Shown here piece by piece: positions 23,651 to 36,686 of a stretch of 64,000 bases of DNA. The position numbers and the translations under genes were made by a program. The notes under the pieces are model-generated. The model ran no database searches and had not been told where the DNA came from. It saw only the letters and a program-made list of their open reading frames with translations. The DNA is from Escherichia coli (GTDB taxonomy: Bacteria > Pseudomonadota > Gammaproteobacteria > Enterobacterales > Enterobacteriaceae): assembly GCF_048403405.1 (NCBI RefSeq), contig NZ_CP183129.1; one strand, given 5' to 3'. Each line of letters begins with the position of its first letter. Position 1 is the first letter of the stretch.

Positions 23651-26600
23651 ACATATTCACGCTTTCTCTCGGTCTGGCCGTCATGCCGATGGTCGAGGCA
23701 GCACCAACCGCTCAGCAACAGTTGCTGGAGCAAGTTCGGTTAGGCGAAGCGACCCATCGTGAAGACCTGGTGCAACAGTCGTTGTATCGTCTGGAACTTA
23801 TTGATCCGAATAACCCGGACGTCGTTGCCGCCCGTTTCCGTTCTCTGTTACGTCAGGGCGATATTGATGGCGCGCAAAAACAGCTCGATCGGCTGTCGCA
23901 GTTAGCGCCGAGTTCAAATGCGTATAAATCGTCGCGGACTACGATGCTGCTTTCCACGCCGGATGGTCGTCAGGCACTGCAACAGGCAAGATTGCAGGCG
24001 ACGACTGGTCATGCAGAAGAAGCTGTGGCGAGTTACAACAAACTGTTCAACGGTGCGCCGCCGGAAGGTGACATTGCCGTCGAGTACTGGAGTACGGTGG
24101 CGAAAATTCCGGCTCGCCGTGGCGAAGCGATTAATCAGCTAAAACGCATTAATGCGGATACGCCGGGCAATACGGGCCTACAAAACAATCTGGCGCTATT
24201 GCTGTTTAGTAGCGATCGCCGTGACGAAGGTTTTGCCGTCCTGGAACAGATGGCGAAATCAAACGCCGGGCGCGAAGGGGCCTCTAAAATCTGGTACGGG
24301 CAGATTAAAGACATGCCCGTCAGCGATGCCAGTGTGTCGGCGCTGAAAAAATATCTCTCGATCTTTAGTGATGGCGATAGCGTAGCTGCGGCGCAATCGC
24401 AACTGGCAGAACAGCAAAAACAGCTGGCCGACCCTGCTTTCCGCGCTCGTGCGCAAGGTTTAGCGGCGGTGGACTCTGGTATGGCGGGTAAAGCCATTCC
24501 CGAACTACAACAGGCAGTGCGGGCGAACCCGAAAGACAGTGAGGCTCTGGGGGCGCTGGGCCAGGCGTATTCTCAGAAAGGCGATCGCGCCAATGCGGTG
24601 GCGAATCTGGAAAAAGCCCTCGCCCTGGATCCGCACAGCAGCAACAACGACAAATGGAACAGTCTCCTGAAAGTAAACCGCTACTGGCTGGCGATCCAGC
24701 AGGGCGATGCTGCGCTGAAAGCCAATAATCCTGACCGGGCAGAACGCCTGTTCCAGCAGGCGCGTAATGTCGATAACACCGACAGCTATGCAGTGCTGGG
24801 GCTGGGCGATGTGGCGATGGCGCGAAAAGATTATCCCGCCGCCGAACGTTATTATCAGCAGACCTTGCGTATGGACAGCGGCAACACTAACGCCGTGCGC
24901 GGGCTGGCAAATATTTACCGCCAGCAATCACCAGAAAAAGCTGAAGCGTTTATCGCCTCGCTCTCTGCCAGTCAGCGGCGTAGCATTGATGATATCGAAC
25001 GCAGCCTACAAAACGACCGTCTGGCACAGCAGGCAGAGGCACTGGAAAACCAGGGCAAATGGGCGCAGGCGGCAGCACTTCAGCGGCAACGACTGGCGCT
25101 GGATCCCGGCAGCGTATGGATTACTTACCGACTTTCGCAGGATCTCTGGCAGGCCGGACAACGCAGCCAGGCTGATACATTAATGCGCAATCTGGCACAG
25201 CAGAAGCCAAACGACCCGGAGCAGGTTTACGCTTACGGGCTGTATCTCTCTGGTCATGACCAGGACAGAGCGGCGCTGGCGCATATCAACAGCCTGCCGC
25301 GCGCGCAGTGGAGCAGCAATATTCAGGAGCTGGTTAATCGACTGCAAAGCGATCAGGTACTGGAAACCGCTAATCGCCTGCGAGAAAGCGGCAAAGAAGC
25401 TGAAGCGGAAGCGATGCTGCGCCAGCAACCACCTTCCACGCGCATAGACCTCACGCTGGCTGACTGGGCGCAACAACGACGTGATTACACCGCCGCTCGC
25501 GCTGCATATAAGAATGTCCTGACGCGGGAGCCAACTAACGCCGATGCCATTCTTGGTCTGACGGAAGTGGATATTGCTGCCGGTGACAAAGCTGCGGCAC
25601 GTAGCCAGCTGGCGAAACTGCCCGCTACCGATAACGCCTCGCTGAACACACAGCGGCGCGTGGCGCTGGCGCAGGCGCAGCTTGGAGATACCGCAGCGGC
25701 GCAGCAGACGTTTAATAAGTTGATCCCGCAGGCAAAATCTCAGCCGCCGTCGATGGAAAGTGCGATGGTGCTGCGCGACGGTGCGAAGTTTGAAGCGCAG
25801 GCGGGCGATCCAACGCAGGCGCTGGAAACCTACAAAGACGCCATGGTTGCATCCGGTGTGACCACGATGCGTCCACAGGATAACGACACCTTTACCCGAC
25901 TGACCCGCAATGACGAGAAAGATGACTGGCTGAAACGCGGCGTGCGCAGCGATGCGGCGGACCTCTATCGTCAGCAGGATCTTAATGTCACCCTCGAGCA
26001 CGATTACTGGGGTTCGAGCGGCACCGGTGGTTACTCCGATCTGAAAGCGCACACCACTATGTTGCAGGTGGATGCGCCGTATTCTGACGGGCGGATGTTC
26101 TTTCGTAGTGATTTCGTCAATATGAACGTCGGCAGTTTTTCCACTAATGCCGATGGCAAATGGGATGACAACTGGGGCACCTGTACATTACAAGACTGTA
26201 GCGGCAACCGCAGCCAGTCGGATTCCGGTGCCAGCGTGGCGGTCGGCTGGCGAAATGACGTCTGGAGCTGGGATATCGGCACCACGCCGATGGGCTTCAA
26301 TGTGGTGGATGTGGTCGGCGGCATCAGTTACAGCGATGATATCGGGCCGCTGGGTTACACCGTTAACGCCCATCGTCGGCCCATCTCCAGTTCTTTGCTG
26401 GCCTTTGGCGGGCAAAAAGACTCCCCGAGCAATACCGGGAAAAAATGGGGCGGCGTGCGTGCCGACGGCGTGGGGCTAAGCCTGAGCTACGATAAAGGTG
26501 AAGCAAACGGCGTCTGGGCATCGCTTAGCGGTGATCAGTTAACCGGTAAAAATGTCGAAGATAACTGGCGCGTGCGCTGGATGACGGGCTATTACTATAA

Positions 26601-27105
26601 GGTCATTAACCAGAACAATCGCCGTGTGACCATTGGTCTTAACAATATGATCTGGCATTACGACAAAGACCTGAGTGGCTACTCACTTGGTCAGGGCGGT
26701 TACTACAGCCCGCAGGAATACCTGTCGTTTGCCATACCGGTGATGTGGCGGGAGCGCACGGAAAACTGGTCGTGGGAGCTGGGGGCGTCTGGCTCGTGGT
26801 CGCATTCACGCACCAAAACCATGCCGCGTTATCCGCTGATGAATCTGATCCCGACCGACTGGCAGGAAGAAGCTGCGCGGCAATCGAACGATGGCGGCAG
26901 CAGTCAGGGCTTTGGCTACACGGCGCGGGCATTACTTGAACGACGTGTTACTTCCAACTGGTTTGTCGGCACGGCAATTGATATCCAGCAGGCGAAAGAT
27001 TACGCACCCAGCCATTTCCTGCTCTACGTACGTTATTCCGCCGCCGGATGGCAGGGTGACATGGATTTACCGCCGCAGCCGCTGATACCTTACGCCGACT
27101 GGTAA
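23632..27105 (+). CDS. bcsC: Cellulose synthase outer-membrane/TPR subunit BcsC
   Basis: 1157-aa ORF with signal peptide, TPR-rich region and C-terminal beta-barrel-like domain. Confidence 0.93.
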
Positions 27106-27186
27106 GTTTTCAGATAGCGCCTCTCTTAATGCCGCTGCGATCGGGTATACTCGGGCGGCAATCTGGGATTTCCGGGGGGAGACAAT

Positions 27187-29175
27187 TTGCGCGTAAGTCG
27201 CTCGTTAACAATCAAGCAGATGGCAATGGTGGCAGCCGTTGTCCTGGTGTTCGTTTTTATTTTTTGCACCGTTTTGCTGTTCCATCTGGTCCAGCAGAAT
27301 CGCTATAACACGGCTACGCAACTGGAAAGCATTGCTCGCTCTGTCCGCGAACCCTTATCTTCAGCTATTTTGAAAGGCGATATTCCCGAAGCGGAAGCTA
27401 TTCTTGCCAGCATTAAACCGGCAGGCGTGGTCAGCCGTGCCGATGTAGTGCTGCCTAACCAGTTCCAGGCGCTGCGTAAAAGTTTTATTCCAGAGCGTCC
27501 GGTGCCGGTAATGGTTACTCGCCTGTTTGAGCTACCGGTGCAAATCTCGCTGGGCGTCTACTCGCTCGAACGTCCGGCAAATCCGCAGCCAATTGCCTAT
27601 CTGGTGCTACAGGCGGATTCCTTCCGTATGTATAAGTTCGTGATGAGCACCCTCTCAACGTTAGTGACCATTTACTTACTTTTGTCGTTAATATTGACGG
27701 TGGCGATTAGCTGGTGCATTAACCGCCTGATTTTGCATCCGTTACGCAATATTGCTCGCGAACTTAACGCCATCCCTGCCCAGGAGCTTGTTGGTCACCA
27801 ACTGGCATTACCACGTCTGCATCAGGACGATGAAATCGGTATGCTGGTGCGCAGTTACAACCTCAACCAGCAATTGCTGCAGCGCCATTATGAAGAACAG
27901 AACGAAAACGCGATGCGCTTCCCGGTGTCGGATTTGCCGAACAAAGCCTTGCTGATGGAGATGCTGGAGCAGGTTGTCGCGCGTAAACAAACCACCGCGC
28001 TGATGATCATCACCTGTGAAACCCTGCGTGATACTGCGGGCGTGCTGAAAGAGGCGCAACGAGAAATTCTGCTGCTGACGCTGGTGGAAAAACTCAAATC
28101 GGTACTGTCGCCACGTATGATCCTCGCGCAGATTAGCGGTTATGACTTTGCTGTCATTGCCAACGGGGTACAGGAACCGTGGCACGCAATCACTTTAGGT
28201 CAGCAAGTGCTCACTATCATGAGCGAGCGCCTGCCGATTGAACGTATTCAACTCCGTCCGCACTGTAGCATTGGCGTGGCGATGTTCTACGGCGATCTCA
28301 CCGCCGAACAGCTTTATAGTCGCGCTATTTCTGCGGCATTTACCGCTCGCCATAAAGGCAAGAATCAGATTCAGTTCTTTGATCCGCAGCAGATGGAAGC
28401 CGCCCAACAGCGGTTGACGGAAGAGAGCGATATCCTTAATGCACTGGAAAATCATCAGTTTGCGATTTGGTTACAGCCACAGGTCGAGATGACCAGCGGT
28501 AAACTGGTCAGTGCGGAAGTGTTACTGCGTATCCAGCAACCGGATGGCAGTTGGGATCTGCCGGATGGCTTAATCGATCGCATTGAATGCTGTGGGCTGA
28601 TGGTTACCGTTGGTCACTGGGTGCTGGAAGAGTCCTGTCGACTGCTTGCTGCCTGGCAAGAGCGCGGCATTATGCTGCCCTTGTCGGTAAACCTCTCAGC
28701 GCTGCAACTGATGCACCCGAATATGGTGGCGGATATGCTGGAACTGTTAACCCGCTATCGCATTCAGCCGGGAACACTGATTCTGGAAGTGACAGAAAGC
28801 CGACGTATTGACGACCCTCATGCTGCGGTGGCAATCCTCCGTCCGTTGCGTAATGCCGGAGTTCGGGTGGCGCTGGATGATTTCGGCATGGGCTATGCGG
28901 GGCTGCGTCAGCTGCAGCATATGAAATCGTTGCCAATCGACGTGTTAAAAATCGACAAAATGTTTGTTGAAGGCTTGCCGGAAGATAGCAGCATGATTGC
29001 TGCAATTATCATGTTGGCGCAAAGCCTGAACTTACAAATGATTGCCGAAGGCGTGGAGACTGAAGCACAACGCGACTGGCTGGCAAAAGCGGGCGTTGGT
29101 ATTGCCCAGGGCTTCCTTTTTGCTCGCCCACTCCCTATTGAAATCTTCGAAGAGAGTTACCTGGAAGAAAAGTAG
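27187..29175 (+). CDS. pdeK: c-di-GMP phosphodiesterase PdeK (YhjK/HmsP-like; HAMP-GGDEF-EAL)
   Basis: ORF to stop 29175 with EAL motifs; start uncertain (TTG 27187 versus ATG 27220/27226). Confidence 0.88.
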   Translation: MRVSRSLTIKQMAMVAAVVLVFVFIFCTVLLFHLVQQNRYNTATQLESIARSVREPLSSAILKGDIPEAEAILASIKPAGVVSRADVVLPNQFQALRKSFIPERPVPVMVTRLFELPVQISLGVYSLERPANPQPIAYLVLQADSFRMYKFVMSTLSTLVTIYLLLSLILTVAISWCINRLILHPLRNIARELNAIPAQELVGHQLALPRLHQDDEIGMLVRSYNLNQQLLQRHYEEQNENAMRFPVSDLPNKALLMEMLEQVVARKQTTALMIITCETLRDTAGVLKEAQREILLLTLVEKLKSVLSPRMILAQISGYDFAVIANGVQEPWHAITLGQQVLTIMSERLPIERIQLRPHCSIGVAMFYGDLTAEQLYSRAISAAFTARHKGKNQIQFFDPQQMEAAQQRLTEESDILNALENHQFAIWLQPQVEMTSGKLVSAEVLLRIQQPDGSWDLPDGLIDRIECCGLMVTVGHWVLEESCRLLAAWQERGIMLPLSVNLSALQLMHPNMVADMLELLTRYRIQPGTLILEVTESRRIDDPHAAVAILRPLRNAGVRVALDDFGMGYAGLRQLQHMKSLPIDVLKIDKMFVEGLPEDSSMIAAIIMLAQSLNLQMIAEGVETEAQRDWLAKAGVGIAQGFLFARPLPIEIFEESYLEEK

Positions 29176-29321
29176 CTACCCCAAACTGATTACAAAACTT
29201 TAAAAAGTGCTGGTTTGTGCGAGCCAGCTCAAACTTTTTAACCTTTTTGTTTCAATTATGATCCAGGTACATTTCTGTGATGTTGTCTGGGTGTTATTTT
29301 AAGGCCGCAGGTACCCCATAA

Positions 29322-30644
<1,323 letters not shown>

Positions 30645-30657
30645 TCTCACCACTTAT

Positions 30658-30690
30658 GCCCGCACTCCCTTCCCCGAGTGCGGGTGTTTG
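30658..30690 (+). terminator. Rho-independent terminator after dctA (gcccgcactc...gagtgcggg + T-rich)
   Basis: 9-bp GC-rich stem followed by tgtttg. Confidence 0.7.
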
Positions 30691-30863
30691 CGCATAATTG
30701 ACCCCTGTGCCTGAACTTACCACCTGGGTGAGTTCAGGTTTATTTCACTTCTTCCGTGACATTTTCATGTTCTTGCGGTCTAACACGAAGTGTTTTTAAC
30801 GTCATTTAGACTGACCGACAACGGGCAGTTTTTTATTACCAGGATAGTTGATCAGGGGTTCAC

Positions 30864-32360
30864 ATGCAGGGCACAAAAATTCGACTTTTAGCGGGCGGTT
30901 TGCTGATGATGGCCACTGCTGGCTATGTGCAGGCAGATGCGCTCCAGCCTGATCCAGCATGGCAACAGGGGACGCTTTCCAACGGTTTACAGTGGCAAGT
31001 GCTGACCACGCCCCAGCGTCCCAGCGATCGTGTTGAAATTCGCCTGCTGGTTAATACCGGTTCGCTCGCCGAAAGTACACAACAGAGCGGTTACAGCCAC
31101 GCCATCCCTCGTATTGCGTTAACGCAAAGCGGTGGCCTTGAAGCAGCACAGGCGCGTTCATTGTGGCAGCAGGGGATCGACCCTAAACGCCCGATGCCGC
31201 CGGTAATTGTCTCTTATGACACCACGCTGTTTAATCTGAGTTTGCCCAATAACCGTAACGACTTGCTGAAAGAAGCGCTCTCTTATCTGGCAAATGCCAC
31301 TGGCAAACTGACTATCACGCCAGAAACCATCAACCACGCGCTGCAAAGTCAGGACATGGTGGCAACCTGGCCTGCCGATACTAAAGAGGGCTGGTGGCGC
31401 TATCGTCTGAAAGGATCAACCTTGTTAGGTCACGATCCTGCCGATCCGCTGAAACAACCCGTTGAAGCGGAAAAGATTAAAGATTTCTATCAGAAATGGT
31501 ACACCCCGGATGCAATGACGCTGCTGGTGGTGGGAAACGTGGATGCGCGCTCGGTCGTCGACCAAATCAATAAAACGTTTGGCGAACTGAAAGGCAAACG
31601 TGAAACACCGGCTCCGGTGCCGACGCTTTCTCCGCTGCGTGCGGAAGCGGTGAGTATTATGACTGACGCGGTGCGTCAGGACCGATTATCTATTATGTGG
31701 GATACGCCGTGGCAGCCGATTCGTGAATCAGCCGCACTGCTGCGCTACTGGCGTGCGGACCTGGCCCGTGAGGCGCTGTTCTGGCATGTTCAGCAAGCGT
31801 TAAGCGCCAATAACAGCAAAGACATCGGTCTTGGATTTGACTGCCGTGTGCTGTATCTGCGTGCGCAGTGTGCCATCAACATCGAATCACCAAACGACAA
31901 GCTGAACAGCAACCTTAATCTGGTGGCGCGTGAGCTGGCGAAGGTTCGCGATAAAGGTCTGCCGGAAGAGGAGTTCAATGCGTTAGTGGCGCAAAAGAAA
32001 CTGGAGCTGCAGAAACTGTTTGCCGCCTATGCGCGAGCTGATACCGATATTCTGATGGGGCAGCGGATGCGTTCGTTGCAAAATCAGGTTGTCGATATCG
32101 CGCCGGAGCAATATCAGAAACTGCGCCAGGACTTCCTTAACAGCCTGACGGTGGAGATGTTAAATCAGGATCTGCGTCAGCAGTTATCGAACGATATGGC
32201 GTTAATACTGCTGCAGCCGAAAGGCGAGCCGGAATTTAACATGAAAGCGTTGCAGGCGGCCTGGGATCAAATCATGACCCCATCTACTGCCGCTGCGACC
32301 ACCTCTGTCGCCACGGATGACGTACATCCTGAAGTGACGGATATTTCACCTGCACAGTAA
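30864..32360 (+). CDS. yhjJ: Periplasmic M16-family zinc-protease-like protein YhjJ
   Basis: 498-aa ORF with signal peptide; length matches K-12 YhjJ. Confidence 0.9.
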   Translation: MQGTKIRLLAGGLLMMATAGYVQADALQPDPAWQQGTLSNGLQWQVLTTPQRPSDRVEIRLLVNTGSLAESTQQSGYSHAIPRIALTQSGGLEAAQARSLWQQGIDPKRPMPPVIVSYDTTLFNLSLPNNRNDLLKEALSYLANATGKLTITPETINHALQSQDMVATWPADTKEGWWRYRLKGSTLLGHDPADPLKQPVEAEKIKDFYQKWYTPDAMTLLVVGNVDARSVVDQINKTFGELKGKRETPAPVPTLSPLRAEAVSIMTDAVRQDRLSIMWDTPWQPIRESAALLRYWRADLAREALFWHVQQALSANNSKDIGLGFDCRVLYLRAQCAINIESPNDKLNSNLNLVARELAKVRDKGLPEEEFNALVAQKKLELQKLFAAYARADTDILMGQRMRSLQNQVVDIAPEQYQKLRQDFLNSLTVEMLNQDLRQQLSNDMALILLQPKGEPEFNMKALQAAWDQIMTPSTAAATTSVATDDVHPEVTDISPAQ

Positions 32361-32362
32361 TG

Positions 32363-32393
32363 CCTGATGGTGATGAGTTAGCACAACCATCAG
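32363..32393. terminator. Bidirectional terminator between convergent yhjJ and kdgK
   Basis: Inverted repeat cctgatggt...accatcagg followed by T-rich tract. Confidence 0.6.
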
Positions 32394-32455
32394 GTATTTA
32401 TGGATGAGCTGGATAGAGGGGTAACACTTTATCCAGCCTTTTGCATATGCTGCTT

Positions 32456-33385
32456 TTACGCCGGCATCGCCTCACGCGGGATAATCGCGCCGCGATACTG
32501 AATAACGGTACTTGCGGTCAGGTGCCCGCGTTTCGCCGCGTTTTCCGCACTGCCGCCCGTCAAACGTACCGCCAGATAACCGGCACTGAAAGAGTCGCCA
32601 GCTGCGGTGGTATCGATCACTTTTTCTTTCGGCAGTTTCACCGCCGGAACATCCACTAACCCTTCGCCAGCAATGGACACCAGGCAAGAATCCGCCCCGC
32701 GTTTCACCACCACTTCTTTCACGCCCGCGTTATGGGTGCGCGCAATGACGTCTTCCACCGGCTGTTGACCCCACAGCGCGTCTTCGTCGTCCAGCGTCAG
32801 GAAGGCGATATCCGTGCATTCCAGCATTTGCTGGTACACCTGCTGTGTCTCTTCTTTGCTGGCCCACAGGCGCGGACGATAGTTATTGTCGAAAATTACT
32901 TTTCCGCCGTTGGCGCGGCATTCGCGCAACAAAGAAAGCAGTTTCTCGCGGCTGGTCGGGCTTAAGATCGCCAGGCTAATCCCGCTCAGGTAGAGATAAT
33001 CGAAATTCGCCAGCTCTTCGCAAATCGCCGCAGACTGCTCGCTCTCCAGCCAGAATTTGGCGGCGGCTTCGTTACGCCAGTAGTAGAACGTACGTTCGCC
33101 GGTGCTGTCGGTTTCAATGTAGTAAAGGCCCGGCAGACGGTTTTCCATCCGTTGGGTCAGGGAAGTATCAACGTTCTCGCCGTGCCAGGCGTCCAGCATT
33201 TGCTGGCTAAAACTGTCCGTTCCCAGCGCCGTTACGTAATGAACGGTTAATGCCGCAGGATCGACCTGACGGGCGATATAGACGGAAGTGTTCAGGGTAT
33301 CGCCGCCGAAACCGCGCTTAACGTCCGCGCCTTTCTCGGAAAGCTCAATCATGCATTCGCCAATCACGGCAATCTTTTTGGACAT
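32456..33385 (-). CDS. kdgK: 2-dehydro-3-deoxygluconokinase KdgK
   Basis: 309-aa ORF from ATG at 33385 (MSKKIAVIGECMIELSEKG...); PfkB family; upstream extension in the ORF track is spurious. Confidence 0.92.
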   Translation of the reverse strand: MSKKIAVIGECMIELSEKGADVKRGFGGDTLNTSVYIARQVDPAALTVHYVTALGTDSFSQQMLDAWHGENVDTSLTQRMENRLPGLYYIETDSTGERTFYYWRNEAAAKFWLESEQSAAICEELANFDYLYLSGISLAILSPTSREKLLSLLRECRANGGKVIFDNNYRPRLWASKEETQQVYQQMLECTDIAFLTLDDEDALWGQQPVEDVIARTHNAGVKEVVVKRGADSCLVSIAGEGLVDVPAVKLPKEKVIDTTAAGDSFSAGYLAVRLTGGSAENAAKRGHLTASTVIQYRGAIIPREAMPA

Positions 33386-33616
33386 AGTCGTGAACCTGAT
33401 CTGTAAAAAATTAGCGTTAGTTTGCGCTGTGGTGGTTTGCTGGTCAACCATATTAAAACAGTGTTCCATTATTTTTTTGAGCCAGAACGTATTCCTGAAA
33501 GATTCAGTTGTGGAGTGGGGAAATTTACCCCGGCCAGGCGGTAAAGTTCTGCCCTTGTGCGCCGATAATCTTTGTCGAGTCCGGGCAGCATCACTTTTAA
33601 ACACAGGACATCTTTG

Positions 33617-34384
33617 ATGATAAGGCAGGTTATCCAGCGAATAAGCAACCCTGAAGCAAGCATCGAGAGCTTGCAGGAACGGCGTTTTTGGTTGCAGTGT
33701 GAGCGTGCTTACACCTGGCAGCCGATCTATCAAACATGCGGACGGTTAATGGCCGTGGAGCTATTAACGGTGGTCACGCATCCCTTGAACCCTTCGCAAC
33801 GCCTGCCGCCGGATCGCTATTTTACTGAAATCACCGTCAGCCATCGGATGGAGGTTGTGAAAGAGCAGATTGATTTGCTGGCGAAAAAAGCCGACTTCTT
33901 TGTAGAGCACGACCTGCTGGCATCGGTCAATATTGATGGCCCTACGCTCATCACCCTGCGTCAGCAACCAAAAATCCTGCGCCAGATTGAGCGTCTTCCC
34001 TGGCTGCGTTTCGAACTGGTGGAGCATATCCGTCTGCCGAAAGATTCAACCTTTGCCTCGATGTGTGAATTTGGCCCGCTGTGGCTGGATGATTTTGGCA
34101 CCGGGATGGCAAATTTCTCTGCGCTAAGTGAAGTGCGTTATGACTACATCAAAATCGCGCGAGAACTGTTTGTGATGCTGCGTCAGTCGCCGGAAGGCCG
34201 CACGCTCTTTTCTCAGCTTTTACATCTCATGAATCGCTATTGTCGTGGGGTGATCGTCGAGGGCGTAGAAACGCCGGAAGAGTGGCGCGATGTACAGAAC
34301 TCGCCCGCAATCGCCGCACAAGGCTGGTTTCTTTCACGCCCGGCACCGATAGAAACGCTGAATACGGCGGTTTTGGCGCTATAA
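33617..34384 (+). CDS. pdeH: c-di-GMP phosphodiesterase PdeH (YhjH), EAL domain
   Basis: 255-aa ORF from ATG 33617 (MIRQVIQRISNPEA...), EAL-only protein. Confidence 0.92.
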   Translation: MIRQVIQRISNPEASIESLQERRFWLQCERAYTWQPIYQTCGRLMAVELLTVVTHPLNPSQRLPPDRYFTEITVSHRMEVVKEQIDLLAKKADFFVEHDLLASVNIDGPTLITLRQQPKILRQIERLPWLRFELVEHIRLPKDSTFASMCEFGPLWLDDFGTGMANFSALSEVRYDYIKIARELFVMLRQSPEGRTLFSQLLHLMNRYCRGVIVEGVETPEEWRDVQNSPAIAAQGWFLSRPAPIETLNTAVLAL

Positions 34385-34453
34385 GCTGCCTCATTTTCCG
34401 CCTGGCTGGACTATCTTTAGGACTGGCACAGGAAGAATATGAGGAAGCGAACG

Positions 34454-36514
34454 ATGAGCAAGGCAGGCAAAATAACCGCTGCGATTTCAGGGGCTTTCTT
34501 GTTGTTGATTGTCGTGGCGATCATTTTGATTGCAACTTTTGACTGGAATCGACTCAAACCGACCATCAACCAGAAAGTCTCTGCGGAGTTGAATCGTCCG
34601 TTCGCTATCCGTGGCGATCTGGGCGTGGTGTGGGAGCGGCAAAAACAAGAAACTGGCTGGCGCAGCTGGGTGCCGTGGCCCCATGTACACGCGGAAGACA
34701 TCATTCTTGGCAATCCACCGGATATTCCCGAAGTCACAATGGTGCATTTGCCGCGAGTAGAAGCGACGCTGGCCCCGCTGGCGCTGCTGACCAAAACGGT
34801 CTGGTTGCCGTGGATCAAGCTCGAAAAGCCCGACGCGCGCCTGATTCGCCTCTCCGAAAAGAACAATAACTGGACCTTTAATCTCGCCAACGATGACAAC
34901 AAAGACGCGAATGCAAAGCCGTCGGCGTGGTCGTTTCGGCTGGATAATATTCTGTTCGATCAAGGGCGGATCGCCATTGATGACAAAGTAAGCAAAGCGG
35001 ATCTGGAAATTTTTGTCGATCCGTTAGGCAAGCCGCTGCCGTTCAGCGAAGTTACTGGATCGAAAGGTGAAGCGGATAAAGAAAAGGTCGGCGATTACGT
35101 TTTTGGCCTGAAGGCGCAGGGACGTTATAACGGTGAACCGCTCGCGGGTAAGGGGAAAATTGGCGGTATGCTGGCGCTGCGTGGCGAAGGGACGCCATTT
35201 CCTGTACAGGCTGATTTTCGCTCTGGTAACACCCGTGTTGCTTTTGATGGCGTTGTGAATGACCCAATGAAGATGGGTGGTGTCGATTTACGGCTTAAAT
35301 TTTCTGGCGATTCGCTGGGTGATCTCTATGAACTGACGGGCGTTCTGCTGCCCGATACCCCGCCGTTTGAAACGGATGGTCGGCTGGTAGCGAAAATCGA
35401 CACTGAAAAATCGTCGGTCTTTGATTATCGCGGTTTTAATGGGCGAATTGGCGATAGCGATATCCACGGTTCTCTGGTCTACACCGCCGGCAAGCCACGA
35501 CCAAAACTGGAAGGTGATGTTGAGTCGCGGCAATTGCGGCTGGCAGATTTAGGGCCGTTAATTGGCGTTGATTCCGGGAAAGGAGCTGAAAAGTCGAAAC
35601 GGTCTGAACAGAAGAAGGGTGAAAAAAGCGTTCAGCCTGCGGGCAAAGTGCTGCCTTATGACCGCTTCGAAACCGATAAATGGGACGTCATGGATGCCGA
35701 TGTTCGCTTCAAAGGGCGGCGCATTGAGCATGGCAGTAGCCTGCCGATTAGCGATCTTTCTACTCATATCATCCTCAAAAATGCTGACCTGCGCCTGCAA
35801 CCGCTGAAATTTGGCATGGCAGGCGGCAGCATTGCGGCGAATATTCATCTGGAAGGTGATAAAAAACCGATGCAAGGGCGGGCAGATATTCAGGCTCGTC
35901 GGCTGAAACTGAAAGAACTGATGCCCGATGTGGAACTGATGCAGAAGACGCTGGGGGAAATGAACGGTGACGCGGAACTACGCGGTAGCGGTAACTCGGT
36001 GGCGGCGCTTTTAGGCAACAGTAACGGCAACCTGAAACTGTTGATGAATGACGGGCTGGTGAGCCGCAACCTGATGGAGATTGTCGGGCTGAATGTCGGT
36101 AACTACATTGTCGGTGCGATATTTGGTGACGATGAGGTGCGGGTGAACTGTGCGGCGGCGAATCTGGATATTGCCAACGGCGTGGCGCGCCCGCAGATTT
36201 TTGCTTTCGATACTGAGAACGCGTTGATTAACGTTACCGGCACGGCAAGTTTTGCTTCGGAACAGCTGGATTTGACTATTGATCCGGAGAGTAAAGGAAT
36301 TCGGATTATCACACTGCGTTCGCCGCTGTATGTGCGTGGGACGTTTAAAAATCCGCAGGCTGGGGTGAAAGCCGGGCCGTTGATTGCTCGCGGAGCCGTT
36401 GCGGCGGCACTGGCAACGCTGGTAACACCGGCGGCGGCGTTATTGGCACTGATCTCACCTTCCGAAGGGGATGCTAATCAGTGTCGGACGATTTTGTCGC
36501 AGATGAAGAAGTGA
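34454..36514 (+). CDS. yhjG: AsmA-family protein YhjG
   Basis: 686-aa ORF from MSKAGKITAAISGAFLLLIVV..., N-terminal TM anchor. Confidence 0.9.
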   Translation: MSKAGKITAAISGAFLLLIVVAIILIATFDWNRLKPTINQKVSAELNRPFAIRGDLGVVWERQKQETGWRSWVPWPHVHAEDIILGNPPDIPEVTMVHLPRVEATLAPLALLTKTVWLPWIKLEKPDARLIRLSEKNNNWTFNLANDDNKDANAKPSAWSFRLDNILFDQGRIAIDDKVSKADLEIFVDPLGKPLPFSEVTGSKGEADKEKVGDYVFGLKAQGRYNGEPLAGKGKIGGMLALRGEGTPFPVQADFRSGNTRVAFDGVVNDPMKMGGVDLRLKFSGDSLGDLYELTGVLLPDTPPFETDGRLVAKIDTEKSSVFDYRGFNGRIGDSDIHGSLVYTAGKPRPKLEGDVESRQLRLADLGPLIGVDSGKGAEKSKRSEQKKGEKSVQPAGKVLPYDRFETDKWDVMDADVRFKGRRIEHGSSLPISDLSTHIILKNADLRLQPLKFGMAGGSIAANIHLEGDKKPMQGRADIQARRLKLKELMPDVELMQKTLGEMNGDAELRGSGNSVAALLGNSNGNLKLLMNDGLVSRNLMEIVGLNVGNYIVGAIFGDDEVRVNCAAANLDIANGVARPQIFAFDTENALINVTGTASFASEQLDLTIDPESKGIRIITLRSPLYVRGTFKNPQAGVKAGPLIARGAVAAALATLVTPAAALLALISPSEGDANQCRTILSQMKK

Positions 36515-36540
36515 TGAGGTTGGATTGTGTTTGCTGGTGA

Positions 36541-36672
36541 GTTCGGGAGCAGCGTGCTCCCCTCCCCCTAACCCTCTCCCCAAAGGGGCGAGGGGACTGT
36601 TTTGTGCGTGTTGAAACAACGAGTACCGCTTTTCCGTTCACTTTCTGGGGAGAGGGCCGGGGTGAGGGTGGC
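36541..36672. repeat. GC-rich palindromic intergenic repeat element (family not assigned)
   Basis: Motif ccctaaccctctccccaaaggggcgagggga with inverted partner ggggagagggccggggtgagggtgg; related copy at 38324-38374. Confidence 0.6.
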
Positions 36673-36686
36673 AGCCCGCACGATAC

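Noticed and set aside
13265-26052. Long antisense ORFs inside bcsG, bcsA, bcsB and bcsC (e.g. 13265-13741, 18166-18741, 19132-19713, 19888-20550, 25180-26052)
   Set aside because: Each lies entirely within and opposite to a well-supported long gene in GC-rich sequence, with R/P/G-rich low-complexity translations typical of antisense frames.
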